From Lysobacterales bacterium (GTDB lineage: Bacteria > Pseudomonadota > Gammaproteobacteria > Xanthomonadales > SZUA-5): a DNA stretch of 64,000 nt. Positions within the stretch are counted from its first letter, which is position 1. The number at the start of each line of letters is the position of its first letter. Under the pieces are notes generated by a model. It saw only the letters and a list, made by a program, of their open reading frames with translations. It did not search any database and was not told where the DNA came from. This document shows, piece after piece, positions 40,647-50,857 of the stretch. Both the position numbers and the translations under genes were made by a program. The stretch is taken from NCBI GenBank assembly GCA_022844165.1, contig JALHMH010000008.1, forward strand, positions 32,001-96,000, written 5' to 3'.

Positions 40647-41564
40647 TCAGCCAACCAGGTGTGCACCCGCCGCGTTCACAGCGCTGACGATCACATCGCT
40701 GTCCAGGCCAGCTTGCCCAAACGCTTGCTGCATCGCGGCACCCGCCGCGGCCGCAGTCGGGCGATCCATGAACCACGCGAACACGCTCGGGCCGGCTCCG
40801 GAAATGGATGCGCCGATCGCTCCGGCATCGATGGCCGCTTTCTTGACTGCAGCGAAGCCCGGAATCAGCGCCGCTCGCCGGGGCTCGATGAGTACATCGC
40901 GAAGTCCACTACGCAGCAACCCGATATCGTTGCTGAAGCAACCCGCCAGCACAAGCGCCAGTCCCTCCGACTGATGGACGAACTCGCTCAGTGCGTACAC
41001 ACCTTGCAGCGCTTCTCGTGCTCTTCGTGTTTCCAGCACAAAGTGCGGGTGGACGACGACAGCGATGAGCCCCGGTGGCGTCGGAATCGGCACTACCCGA
41101 TCGCGCGTCGCCAGCACCAATCCGCCGTAGAGCTGCGGACCGATATTGTCACCGTGTACGCTGCCGCTGGCTGCGGCTTCCCCCTGCAGTGCATGAAGAT
41201 AAAGTGTCGATAGCGGCAGCGGTTGATCGAGCAGCGCATTGGCCGCAACGACGGCAGCGCAAGCAGATGCGGCGGAGCCACCCAGTCCCGAGCCTAAGGG
41301 TATGCCTTTGTGGATCGTAATCTCGAACCCAAAGTGCAGCTTTTCGCCATCAATCAGCGACTGCAATGCGCGTGCCGCTGTGTTCTTCTGGTTGTCGACA
41401 GGCAAGTCCGTCACAACACCGTCGATCCGTGCGACGCGGGCGATCCTCTCGGGGATGCGCGATGCTGTGACGGTATCGCCCAGTCCTTCCAGTGCGTGGC
41501 CGAGCAAATCGAAGCCGACGCCAACATTGCCGACGCTCGCCGGTGCGAATGCGCGCACACTCAT
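40647..41564 (-). CDS. thrB: homoserine kinase
   Basis: [17 protein letters not shown] motif [16 protein letters not shown] and ISGAGPS. Confidence 0.95.
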   Translation of the reverse strand: MSVRAFAPASVGNVGVGFDLLGHALEGLGDTVTASRIPERIARVARIDGVVTDLPVDNQKNTAARALQSLIDGEKLHFGFEITIHKGIPLGSGLGGSAASACAAVVAANALLDQPLPLSTLYLHALQGEAAASGSVHGDNIGPQLYGGLVLATRDRVVPIPTPPGLIAVVVHPHFVLETRRAREALQGVYALSEFVHQSEGLALVLAGCFSNDIGLLRSGLRDVLIEPRRAALIPGFAAVKKAAIDAGAIGASISGAGPSVFAWFMDRPTAAAAGAAMQQAFGQAGLDSDVIVSAVNAAGAHLVG

Positions 41565-44017
41565 ACGCGCGCGCCCAGCGCTGCGGCAACCCGCAGCAGA
41601 TCGGCAAACACACCGGCAGCAGTGACATCCGGGCCTGCACCTGGTCCGCGAACGATCAACGGGTTGCGATGGTAGCGTTCAGTGGTAAAACTGACGATAT
41701 TGTCCGTGAGCGCGATATGCGCGAACGGATGGTCTGTCGGCAGTGCTCGCAACTGCACCGCTGCGGCGCCATCCGCCTCCAGCAGCGCACAGTAGCGCAG
41801 CACTTGTCCGCGTTCTTTGGCCTCGCGAAATCGCGTCGCCATCGCGGCATCAAAACTCGGAAGTCCGGCGAGAAACGCTGCGCTGTCACCGTCGAGTAAA
41901 GCGTCCGGAACCAGACTCTCGACCGTCACCTGTGAGAGTTCCAGTGCGACACCCATTTCGCGCGCCAGGATGACCAGCTTGCGCGCAACATCAAGGCCGG
42001 ACAAATCGTCGCGCGGATCGGGCTCGGTATAGCCTGCTTGTCTGGCCTCCAGCACCAGTGCCGAAAATGGCTGACTGCCATCGAAACGGTTGAACAAATA
42101 CGCCAGGGTGCCGGAGAAGATTCCCTCGATGCGTTCGATGCGATCGCCGGTGTCGATCAAGTCGCGCAATGTGCCGATCACTGGCAGGCCGGCGCCGACC
42201 GTGGCCTCGTAGCGCCAGCGAGCACTTTGGCGCGCCGCATCCTGGATAGCGCGATAGCGCGCAAGCGGCCCTGCGCCGGCTTGTTTGTTGGGCGTCAGGA
42301 CGTGGATGCCGGCTGCCAACCACTTGGCGTAGTGTTCGGCGACGTCCGAACTGGCCGAACAATCGATGATCATCGCGTGCGGCAGATGCTCGGCGCGCAC
42401 ATGCCGGGCAAGGGCATCGAGATCGCACGACAGGTCGCTGCGTTCGAGCGCCGCTTTCCAGTCGCTCAGATCCAGCGTCAACTCGTCCAGCACCATGCGT
42501 TTGCTGGCTGAAATCGCGCGCACGCGAAGGTCGATATTGTTGTCGCGCAACAGGCGCGGTTGGGCCATCCGGATTTGTGCAAGAAGGGCTTGCCCGACAT
42601 GCCCCGGGCCAATGACCCCAATCGACAGGGTTTGAGCCGAAAGATAAAAGCCGGCGTGCACGGCGCGCAGAGCGCGGGTCGCTTCGCCTTCCGCCAATGC
42701 AACCGAAATATTGCGCTCTGACGAACCTTGGGCAATCGCGCGCACATTGACTTTGGCGCGCCCTAAAGCGTTGAACACCTGCGCGCAGATGCCCGGCGTG
42801 CCTGCCATGCCGTCGCCGACCACGGCAAGGACGCTGATGCCGCGTTCGCTGACGACCCGTTGAATGAGGCCTAGCGTGATCTCCCGGCCAAAGGCGTCGG
42901 CCAGTACTTCGCGCGCCCGATCGGCGTCGCCGGCATGGATGACGCAACAGATCGAATGTTCGCTGGAGCCCTGCGAAATCATGGTCACCGACACCTTAGC
43001 CGCGCGTAACGCTGCGAACACGCGTTCGGCGGTGCCCGGCACGCCAATCATGCCAGCGCCTTCGATGGTGATCAGTGCGAGGCCGCCGATCGTTGTGATG
43101 CCCTTGATCGGCGGTTCGCGCCCCCCGTCGTGATCGATGCGCGTACCGGGGTGGCTCGCGTTAAAGGTGTTGCGGATATAAACCGGTATTGACTTGGCGG
43201 TTGCCGGTGCCATCGTTTGTGGGTGGATGACTTTGGCACCGAAATACGCGAGTTCGAACGCCTCGTCGTAGGAAACGTGGTCGAGCACTACAGCCTCGGG
43301 CACCCGCCTGGGATCGGCCGACAGGACACCATCGACATCGGTCCAGATGTGGATCTCGGCAGCATCGAAGAGCGCGCCAAAAATGCTTGCCGAGTAGTCG
43401 CTGCCGTTGCGGCCTAACGTAGTGATTCGATCGTTCTGATGGCGCCGCGCAACAAAGCCGGTAATAACATAGCGCTTCGATGGATGGTCATGCCGGAATC
43501 GCGCCAGCAATTTCTCGCTCGGCAACCAGTCGACCCCAACGTGCAACTCGTTCGGTGTCACTCTCAACACATCGCGCGCATCGAGAAAAACGCCGGGTTG
43601 ATCGAGTTCGTGAAAGTGTGCCGCGAGCAGCATCGCCGACCAGACTTCTCCGAGGCCCTGCACAATTTCGACCATTTCTTCAGGCGCAGAACCAATCAGC
43701 TCCATCGTCCGCAGCAGATGCGCAAGATCCTCGAAACCGGTCCGATAGGCGCTCAGGATCTGGCCGGGGTCGGAAAGCAGTTCGCGCGCGGCGGTGTTGT
43801 GTTTGTTGTGCAGCGCGGTGAGTTTTTCCACCCAAATCGAATTCTTGGCACTGGCCAACTGCGTGAGCTCGATGAGCAGATCGGTCACGCCTTGCATCGC
43901 CGAAACGACAACGACCTGCTCAGTGTCGCCTCGAGCGATCATCAATTGCGCAACGTGTCGGTAGCGCTCGGCGCTGGCGACACTGCTGCCGCCGAACTTG
44001 TGGGCAATAAGGGGCAT
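41561..44017 (-). CDS. thrA: bifunctional aspartate kinase/homoserine dehydrogenase I
   Basis: [18 protein letters not shown], two ACT domains, [16 protein letters not shown] and [11 protein letters not shown] motifs. Confidence 0.96.
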   Translation of the reverse strand: MPLIAHKFGGSSVASAERYRHVAQLMIARGDTEQVVVVSAMQGVTDLLIELTQLASAKNSIWVEKLTALHNKHNTAARELLSDPGQILSAYRTGFEDLAHLLRTMELIGSAPEEMVEIVQGLGEVWSAMLLAAHFHELDQPGVFLDARDVLRVTPNELHVGVDWLPSEKLLARFRHDHPSKRYVITGFVARRHQNDRITTLGRNGSDYSASIFGALFDAAEIHIWTDVDGVLSADPRRVPEAVVLDHVSYDEAFELAYFGAKVIHPQTMAPATAKSIPVYIRNTFNASHPGTRIDHDGGREPPIKGITTIGGLALITIEGAGMIGVPGTAERVFAALRAAKVSVTMISQGSSEHSICCVIHAGDADRAREVLADAFGREITLGLIQRVVSERGISVLAVVGDGMAGTPGICAQVFNALGRAKVNVRAIAQGSSERNISVALAEGEATRALRAVHAGFYLSAQTLSIGVIGPGHVGQALLAQIRMAQPRLLRDNNIDLRVRAISASKRMVLDELTLDLSDWKAALERSDLSCDLDALARHVRAEHLPHAMIIDCSASSDVAEHYAKWLAAGIHVLTPNKQAGAGPLARYRAIQDAARQSARWRYEATVGAGLPVIGTLRDLIDTGDRIERIEGIFSGTLAYLFNRFDGSQPFSALVLEARQAGYTEPDPRDDLSGLDVARKLVILAREMGVALELSQVTVESLVPDALLDGDSAAFLAGLPSFDAAMATRFREAKERGQVLRYCALLEADGAAAVQLRALPTDHPFAHIALTDNIVSFTTERYHRNPLIVRGPGAGPDVTAAGVFADLLRVAAALGARV

Positions 44018-44323
44018 GGGTTTCGATTGGTTGGATAGTGATGGTTGGTGGTTGGTGGCAAAGCTGCACGCAACCGCTGGGCCGAAAACTAGCAGTTTTC
44101 CAGAACGCAATGACTCGATCGCGATAATTGCAAGAATCCCGATGTCACGACCACACATCCCCGTGCACACTGAGCGCTCTAGAATCATCGACCACCAATC
44201 GATTCCGTGCGGTGGCGCTATTGACAGATGGGAAAGCCGCGTCGCCAAAGGGTGTTTTGCACAGCGCGCCAATCGGCCGAACTTTTGTTGCAGGATTGTC
44301 AAGGAGCTGTCTTGCCGAAACTG

Positions 44324-44336
44324 CAAACGTTTGATT
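44324..44336 (-). promoter_or_regulatory. IHF consensus site
   Basis: Minus strand AATCAAACGTTTG matches WATCAANNNNTTR exactly, in an AT-rich patch flanked by a CTTGCCGA/TCGGCAAG inverted repeat. Confidence 0.6.
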
Positions 44337-44422
44337 TATAAGCATTTTACCCAGTCGGCAAGGAACTGCCCAAGAGGCGAAAAAGGGCGTCCCGACGCGG
44401 TTTTTGCGGTCGTCAAGAGGCA

Positions 44423-44457
44423 TGCTCCACAGGGTTATCCACAGGCAGTGTGGATAA
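44423..44457. promoter_or_regulatory. DnaA-box triad with DARS-like architecture
   Basis: TGCTCCACA (7/9) - GGG - TTATCCACA (perfect, 44435-44443) - GGCAG - TGTGGATAA (perfect, inverted, 44449-44457). Confidence 0.75.
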
Positions 44458-44545
44458 GGAGGAAAGCGCCTTTGTTGGCAACCACTTAGCTCGAATTGCT
44501 GAAGCAGGCGTCAAGAATGGGCTGCAAGTGACGCATAAGGTCAGA

Positions 44546-46681
44546 TCACGAGAAATCGAGCGGGTCAACATCAATCGAATAGCGAAGTTTAATCTTCGAT
44601 GCGCGCATCCGTGCAACGCGATCCCTGAGAGCCGAATGCAGCAGCGCTCGTTGCGTAGACAACACAATCAACTGGTATCGATATCGATCCTGACGTTTCC
44701 TGTTGGGGGCTGGCAGTGGTCCCACGATTTCGACGCCGGCCATTGGCGGATGAACCAACTCGCCAAGAAAGGACTCGGCAACCTGAGCATCGCGATGTTC
44801 GGCGCGCAGTACGGCAGCATGTTGAAGCGGCGGCAATTCTGCTTGTGCGCGTTCCGCCAGCGCGGCTTGTGCGTATGCGCCGTAGCCTTGGGCAATCAGC
44901 ATGGTCAGCATCGGGTGTTCGGGCAGGTGCGATTGCAGCAGTACCTCGCCAGCGCGCGAAGCGCGTCCGGCGCGCCCAGCGACCTGCACCAGCAGCTGCG
45001 CCAAATGTTCGGCGGCGCGAAAATCCGGGCTCATCAAGTGTTCGTCGACGCCGGCGATTACCACCAGCGACACGTCCGGCAAGTGGTGGCCCTTGGCCAA
45101 CATCTGTGTGCCGACGATGAGCATCGGCTGGCCTCTCAGTACCGTCGCGATCGCATCCTCGAATGCATTCTTTCGCGCTGTCGTGTCGCGATCGAGTCGC
45201 AGCAATGGTGTTTGCGGAAAGTGTTCCGCAAGCGCGACTTCCAGCCGCTCGGTGCCGCTGCCCTGCGGCATCAGCGCCAGACCGTGGCACTGTGGACAGG
45301 ATCGCGGTGCGCGGATCTGATAACCGCAGGTATGGCAGCGCAACACGCCTTCCCCGCGGTGCCACGTCAGGGCGTGTTCGCATGCTTCGCAGTAACCGTG
45401 CCAGCCGCAATCGTGGCACATCATCGCTGGCGCATAACCGCGGCGATTCTTGAAAACCAGCACTTGTCCGCCGGCATCGAGATGGCGGCGAATATGCACA
45501 AGCGACTCGGGCACGAGGCCATCGCGCAGCGATCGCTGGCGCAGATCGATGGTGGTCCATGTGGGTGGCTTGGCGGAGCCGATTCGCACCGGCAGTTCGA
45601 GGCGCCTGAACTTTCCCGAAGCGACGTTGTGCAGCGATTCGAACGACGGCGTTGCGCTGCCGAGCAGCACCGGCGCACTCGCAGCCTGCGCGCGCAGCAA
45701 GGCGACATCGCGCGCGTGATAGCGAATGCCATCCTGCTGTTTGAACGAGGCATCATGTTCTTCATCGACAACGATCAGACCCAGCCGCGGTAGGGGCGTC
45801 CAAACGGCAGAGCGGGTGCCAACCACAACATCGACCTCGCCCCGTGCAGCGGCGGCATAGGCGGCCGCACGTTCGCCGTCGCCGAGGCTCGAATGCAACG
45901 CCGCAACTCGTGCCGGTAAACGCTCCCGCACACGCGCCAGCAGTTGCGGCGTCAATCCAATTTCCGGCACCAGCAACAAGCCTTGTTGGCCGGCGCACAC
46001 GATATCGGCCAGGCGCTGCAAATAAACCTCGGTCTTGCCGCTGCCGGTGACACCATCGAGCAGACAAACATCAAAACCAAGTGAGGCCCGCAATGTGGTC
46101 AGCGCGCTGTTTTGCGCAATGCTCAGCGGCGGCGCTGGCGCGAGGATCGGCGGCGGCGAATATGGCGAGACCTCGGTGACACTGACGAGGCGCTTGTCGC
46201 TCCAGCGGCGCACGATGGCTCGCCAGGGACCATGGATCGTGGCCAACTCTGCGCCGAATGCCGGCCCCGCCAGGAGGCGTTGCCAGAGCGCTTTGGCGTG
46301 CGCGCCGCGCATAGGGCCCGGCGCAGTGCGATCAATAAGCGCGATCAGCGTCTCGCGCTGCACGTCGATGGCTTCGGACCGCTTCAGTCCCGAGGGGAGT
46401 GCCGTTGCGATCAACTCACCCAGCGGCGCATGGTAATAGCGCGCCGCTCGCTCCAAGGTCTGCCACAAGATGGGATCGAACAGCGGTTCGCGATCGAGCA
46501 CTTCGGCGATCGATTTTAAGTCGCCATCGTGCTCCTTGCCGATGGCCGCGACCACACCAATCACTTCGCGTTTGCCGAATGGCACGCGCACGCGACAGCC
46601 GACTGCTGGCGGGTCGCCGTCATAGCGATAATCGAACAGCCGGTCGAGCGGCACGGGAATAGCGATTTGCAAAATTGACAT
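44546..46681 (-). CDS. priA: primosomal protein N'
   Basis: GVTGSGKTEVY, VDEEHD, NRRGYAP, four CxxC pairs and GTQMLAKGH motifs. Confidence 0.96.
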   Translation of the reverse strand: MSILQIAIPVPLDRLFDYRYDGDPPAVGCRVRVPFGKREVIGVVAAIGKEHDGDLKSIAEVLDREPLFDPILWQTLERAARYYHAPLGELIATALPSGLKRSEAIDVQRETLIALIDRTAPGPMRGAHAKALWQRLLAGPAFGAELATIHGPWRAIVRRWSDKRLVSVTEVSPYSPPPILAPAPPLSIAQNSALTTLRASLGFDVCLLDGVTGSGKTEVYLQRLADIVCAGQQGLLLVPEIGLTPQLLARVRERLPARVAALHSSLGDGERAAAYAAAARGEVDVVVGTRSAVWTPLPRLGLIVVDEEHDASFKQQDGIRYHARDVALLRAQAASAPVLLGSATPSFESLHNVASGKFRRLELPVRIGSAKPPTWTTIDLRQRSLRDGLVPESLVHIRRHLDAGGQVLVFKNRRGYAPAMMCHDCGWHGYCEACEHALTWHRGEGVLRCHTCGYQIRAPRSCPQCHGLALMPQGSGTERLEVALAEHFPQTPLLRLDRDTTARKNAFEDAIATVLRGQPMLIVGTQMLAKGHHLPDVSLVVIAGVDEHLMSPDFRAAEHLAQLLVQVAGRAGRASRAGEVLLQSHLPEHPMLTMLIAQGYGAYAQAALAERAQAELPPLQHAAVLRAEHRDAQVAESFLGELVHPPMAGVEIVGPLPAPNRKRQDRYRYQLIVLSTQRALLHSALRDRVARMRASKIKLRYSIDVDPLDFS

Positions 46682-46968
46682 GCGACGGGCGTCTCGTGGG
46701 TAGGCGAACGCTACGCTAAGAAGAACGGTCTCAGGGATTGAGAATAGATCCGCGCCTCGTCTGCAGGCGTTGGCTTGGGGCAGCAATCCAATGGCAGAGG
46801 GACACGATCAGCAACACGATAGGCAGTACCGTTGACCGAGGCGCATGTACACCTGAAAGCACGGGAACCGTGCGGTTTGCCTGAACTGCTCGCTGAAGCC
46901 GCTCGCCCAATCACGCCCTCCCGACGGCGGCGAACGCTAACATGCGCATCAGAACTGAGTACATCATC

Positions 46969-47553
46969 ATGATCGATATTGACGCTGCTGCCACTTCGTA
47001 CTTTCAGAAGCTCATTGCGCAACAGGGCATCAAAGACCTGAGCATTCGCCTTCGTGCATTGCATGCGGGCACGGCGAAGGGCGATTGCCGGCTGGAGTTC
47101 TGCGAGCCGAGTGAGGTGGAGAGCGACGATTGGCGCATCGACTGCGAGGGGTTTTCGCTGATCGTCGATAGCGCCAGCGAGCCGTTCTTGCGCGAGCTAT
47201 CGATCAGCTATCAGCCGGATCGTACCGGTGGTCAACTCACGATCCGTGCGCCGCAGCTGAAGGGCAAGCCGCCGGAAGCAGGTGCGGGTGTGATCGAACG
47301 TGTGCAGTACGTTCTGGCCAGTGAAATCAATCCTGGTGTTGCCGCGCACGGTGGCAAGGTGAGCCTCGTCGAAGTGACATCCGAAGGGGTGGTGGTGCTG
47401 CAGTTCGGCGGCGGCTGTCACGGTTGTGGGCAAGTCGATGTCACGCTCAAACAGGGTATCGAGAAGACCTTGATGCAACGCGTGCCCGAAATCTCCGCCG
47501 TCCGCGATGCCACCGATCACTCCACAGGACATGCGCCGTACTTCAAGCGCTGA
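46969..47553 (+). CDS. nfuA: Fe-S biogenesis protein NfuA
   Basis: Degenerate A-type N-domain; INP..A.HGG and FGGGCHGC motifs. Confidence 0.92.
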   Translation: MIDIDAAATSYFQKLIAQQGIKDLSIRLRALHAGTAKGDCRLEFCEPSEVESDDWRIDCEGFSLIVDSASEPFLRELSISYQPDRTGGQLTIRAPQLKGKPPEAGAGVIERVQYVLASEINPGVAAHGGKVSLVEVTSEGVVVLQFGGGCHGCGQVDVTLKQGIEKTLMQRVPEISAVRDATDHSTGHAPYFKR

Positions 47554-47559
47554 CGGCAC

Positions 47560-48948
47560 TCAGGCTTCACGCATGATCGAGCGGTAGTGGTTGCCCGCCT
47601 GGAGCGCGGCGAGCGTGCGAGAGGCCAATGTGTCGAGGTTCAGCGCCTGAACGTCGACCGTCGGTTTTCGCGGCTCGGCAAACGCCGGTGCAAAAAGGCC
47701 GCGTTCGCGAGCGATACGCCAGGCGGCGACGAAGTGCGTGCCGTCCCAACGGGGTGCCAGATCGAAATCATTGCGTTGCCAGGGCTCGTACGGCAGCGAG
47801 TCGGCCCCCGGTAACTCGGCAACGAGCGCCGCACTCCAGCGGGCACTCTGACTCGAAACTGCCGCATCGATGAATCCCAGTTCGCGCGCCACTTCGGCCA
47901 CGGGTCCGATCAAATCCGATGGTTCAAAGTTGCCTTGAGTCTCGCCATGCAATGGCAGATCGACGCGCAGACAGGGCGTTTCGGTATCGAAGGGATCGGC
48001 AGCCATCGACTCACATGGCGCATGCAGACGGATGATTGGCCGACCCTGGCCTTCCGTTTTCAAGCACACATGCAACACGCCATCCCGCACCGGTTGAAAG
48101 CGCTTTGCCGCTGCGCAAGGCGTTGGCGCCTCTTGCCATTCGCCAACCTCAAGCGTCGCACGGATGACGGCAAAACGCTCATCGGGACCAGCGTCGGCCA
48201 CGCGAACGCAAGATGGCAATCCATAAGCGATGAGCGCATCGATCTGTCGCAACAGCAGACTCGATTGCCATCGAATCAATGTTGTTGGCACGGTGAGGCC
48301 GGCATATCGTGAGGCATGTTCATTGCAAAACGCAGCGCGATAGGCGCGGTGGTAATCGGCGCCTGCGCGGAGCGTATCCAGAGCCATGTGGTGGATCACT
48401 TCGAGCGGCGGCAGCTCGCGCCGCAGTCGCGCTTCCGAGCTTTGTTCGAACCACGGGAAAAATGTGTAGATTTCGCGCGCGAAATGCCACAGCTCAGCCA
48501 AATGTGCGCCGCTGGCACGTGGCGACAGGTCTGGGAAATAGGCTTCCAGAATTCGTGCGCGCTCCGGCTCTTCAAAATGCGCGGCATTGTCCAAAACCAG
48601 ATGCGCCAGCCGCTCCGGATAGCGTCGCGCAAATTCCAGTGCGATCTGCGCGCCCGTAGCGCTGCCATAGAGCGCAAATCGTGTCAGGCCCAGCGCATCA
48701 GCCCACTCGCGCAATCCGTCGGCGTAATCGGCGACGCTCTTTGGGTTCTTCGGATCCGCACTCGACAAGCCGTAGCCCGGTGTATCCGGCGCCAGCACAG
48801 TAAATCGATCCTCGAGCGCCTGCATCAGCGGCAACATTGCTGCCGAGGACATTGGCGACGGATGCAATGCGACCACCACCGGACCGCGCCCACAGCGGCG
48901 GTAGTGAATGTGCCGCGATTCCAGTGCCGTGAAGTAGCGGCCGATCAC
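47560..48948 (-). CDS. alpha/beta fold hydrolase with a degenerate second hydrolase-like domain
   Basis: LHPSP, APDTPGYGLS and GSATG at the nucleophile position; second repeat with VDLPLHGET. Confidence 0.75.
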   Translation of the reverse strand: MIGRYFTALESRHIHYRRCGRGPVVVALHPSPMSSAAMLPLMQALEDRFTVLAPDTPGYGLSSADPKNPKSVADYADGLREWADALGLTRFALYGSATGAQIALEFARRYPERLAHLVLDNAAHFEEPERARILEAYFPDLSPRASGAHLAELWHFAREIYTFFPWFEQSSEARLRRELPPLEVIHHMALDTLRAGADYHRAYRAAFCNEHASRYAGLTVPTTLIRWQSSLLLRQIDALIAYGLPSCVRVADAGPDERFAVIRATLEVGEWQEAPTPCAAAKRFQPVRDGVLHVCLKTEGQGRPIIRLHAPCESMAADPFDTETPCLRVDLPLHGETQGNFEPSDLIGPVAEVARELGFIDAAVSSQSARWSAALVAELPGADSLPYEPWQRNDFDLAPRWDGTHFVAAWRIARERGLFAPAFAEPRKPTVDVQALNLDTLASRTLAALQAGNHYRSIMREA

Positions 48949-49349
48949 GCAGCAGCCCGAGCGTAATCCCGGATCTTGGCGAGCACAGCCGACAAGCCGT
49001 TTTTTCGCGTTGGCGACAAGTGCGCCGAGAGTCCGATTTGCTCAATGAACTGCGGTTCCAGCCTGGCGACGTCGGCCGCTGGCCGGCCGCTGTAAACACG
49101 TAACACCAAGGCCAGCAATCCAGAGACGATTGCCGAGTCGCTTGCTGCCTTAAAGACCAGCGTGCCATTGGACTGCGCAGGCTTGAGCCACACCATCGAT
49201 TGGCAACCAAGGACTCGGTATGCGTCGATGCGATCCTCAGCGGGCAGCGCATCCAGTTTCTTGCCCAGATCAATCAGGTACTGATAGCGATCCGACCAGT
49301 CCGTGAACAGCGCGAACTCATCGACGATGGTCTGCTGAATTTCATCCAT
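48945..49349 (-). CDS. sufE: SufE family sulfur acceptor protein
   Basis: RYQYLIDLGKKL, GCQS.VW, SDSAIVSGL and HLSPTRKNGL motifs. Confidence 0.92.
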   Translation of the reverse strand: MDEIQQTIVDEFALFTDWSDRYQYLIDLGKKLDALPAEDRIDAYRVLGCQSMVWLKPAQSNGTLVFKAASDSAIVSGLLALVLRVYSGRPAADVARLEPQFIEQIGLSAHLSPTRKNGLSAVLAKIRDYARAAA

Positions 49350-49362
49350 TGTCGGTGTCCGT

Positions 49363-50661
49363 CTATAGCAACAAGCGTCGAATATCAGCCAGCTGTTGTG
49401 CAAAGTAGCTGGTGAATCGCGCGGCATCTGCGCCGTCGATAACGCGATGATCGTAGCTCAGGGACAGCGGCAACATCAGTCGTGGCGCAAATTCACTGCC
49501 GTTCCAGACCGGTTCCAGGGCACTCTTTGAGACGCCCAAAATCGCCACTTCGGGTGCGTTGATGATCGGCGTAAAGGCATGGCCGCCAATGCCGCCCAGA
49601 CTGGAGATCGAAAAACACCCGCCGGACATGTCTGCGGGCCCGAGCTTCTTGTCGCGCGCTTTGGCGGAAATCGTTGCCATTTCCCTGGCCAGATCCAAAA
49701 GCCCCTTTTTGTCGCAATCGCGAAGCACCGGCACCACCAGTCCATCCGGTGTGTCGACCGCAATGCCAATGTGGAAATAGCGCTTCAATATGAGGATTTC
49801 GCCGCTCGCATCCAAAGACGCATTGAAGTTCGGGAAGCGTTTGAGCGCGGCTACGGCTGCCTTGATCAAGAACACCAAAGGTGTGACTTTGACGTCCTTT
49901 TGCTCATCCGCGAGGCGCTTGCGGAATGCTTCCATCTCGGTGATGTCGGCTTTGTCGAACTGCGTAACGTGCGGAATGCGGATCCAATTTCGCGCAAGAT
50001 TGGCGCCCGAAATCTTCTTGATGCGCGATAGCGGCTGCGATTCGACCGCACCGAATTTGCTGAAATCGACTTGCGGCCAGGGCAGTACATCGAAACCCAG
50101 GTTGCCACCTGCGGCGGTTTTCGCCGGTTCCGCCAATGTGCGTTTGACGAAGCCCTGGACGTCCTCCCTGGTGATGCGTCCCTTGCGGCCAGTGCCAGTA
50201 ATCCGCGTCAAATCGACACCGAGTTCGCGAGCGAACAGGCGAATGGCCGGCGAAGCATGAGGGCGATCGCCGGGCTTGGGCTGCGCGGCGGTCGTCACCG
50301 GTGGCGTGACGCTGGTCGCTTTTGCTGGTGTCGACGCCGGCGCGGCTGGCGGTAGGGCGACCGGTTCTGAAGGTGCCGCCGGCGTGACTGGAGCGACCGG
50401 GGCACTCGCAGCAGCACTTGCCGCAGCAGGTTCAATGATCGCGACCAGACTGCCCTCTTTCAGAGAATCGCCCAGTTTCACTTTCAATTCGCGAACGATA
50501 CCCGCCACAGGCGAGGGTACTTCCATCGTCGCTTTGTCCGATTCCAGGGTCACAAGTCCCTGATCGAGTTTCACGGTATCGCCTGGTCTGACCAGGATTT
50601 CGATCACCGGCACATCCTGATAGTTGCCGATGTCCGGCACTTTGGCTTCGATTGTGGCCAT
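49363..50661 (-). CDS. aceF: pyruvate dehydrogenase E2 dihydrolipoyllysine acetyltransferase (single lipoyl domain)
   Basis: LESDKATMEVP lipoyl motif; ASPAIR..GTGRKGRI binding domain; DHRVIDG catalytic motif. Confidence 0.94.
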   Translation of the reverse strand: MATIEAKVPDIGNYQDVPVIEILVRPGDTVKLDQGLVTLESDKATMEVPSPVAGIVRELKVKLGDSLKEGSLVAIIEPAAASAAASAPVAPVTPAAPSEPVALPPAAPASTPAKATSVTPPVTTAAQPKPGDRPHASPAIRLFARELGVDLTRITGTGRKGRITREDVQGFVKRTLAEPAKTAAGGNLGFDVLPWPQVDFSKFGAVESQPLSRIKKISGANLARNWIRIPHVTQFDKADITEMEAFRKRLADEQKDVKVTPLVFLIKAAVAALKRFPNFNASLDASGEILILKRYFHIGIAVDTPDGLVVPVLRDCDKKGLLDLAREMATISAKARDKKLGPADMSGGCFSISSLGGIGGHAFTPIINAPEVAILGVSKSALEPVWNGSEFAPRLMLPLSLSYDHRVIDGADAARFTSYFAQQLADIRRLLL

Positions 50662-50857
50662 TCGCGATCCCTTGAGAGCTTTGCGCCAGCCGCGATTGAT
50701 AGCAGTAAGCCGGGTGCGAGTCGAGCTTGCCAGAGACAGACGCTTGCGACGGATCGCGAAACGAGCGGCCACGATAAACCCGACAAAGATGGAAGAATCG
50801 TCCGGGAGCGGTGTTTGGATCGATTTTTCGGATTGGCTTTGATTTTGCAGCCCAAAA

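Noticed and set aside
44172-44190. Possible Met boxes upstream of thrA
   Set aside because: Only 5/8 and 4/8 matches, which is no better than chance.
44300-44490. DnaA boxes as the chromosomal origin
   Set aside because: Only three boxes, no clear DUE repeats, and no dnaA, dnaN, gidA, rpmH or parAB neighbours.
44450-45793. 447-aa plus-strand ORF
   Set aside because: Antisense shadow of priA with no domain features.
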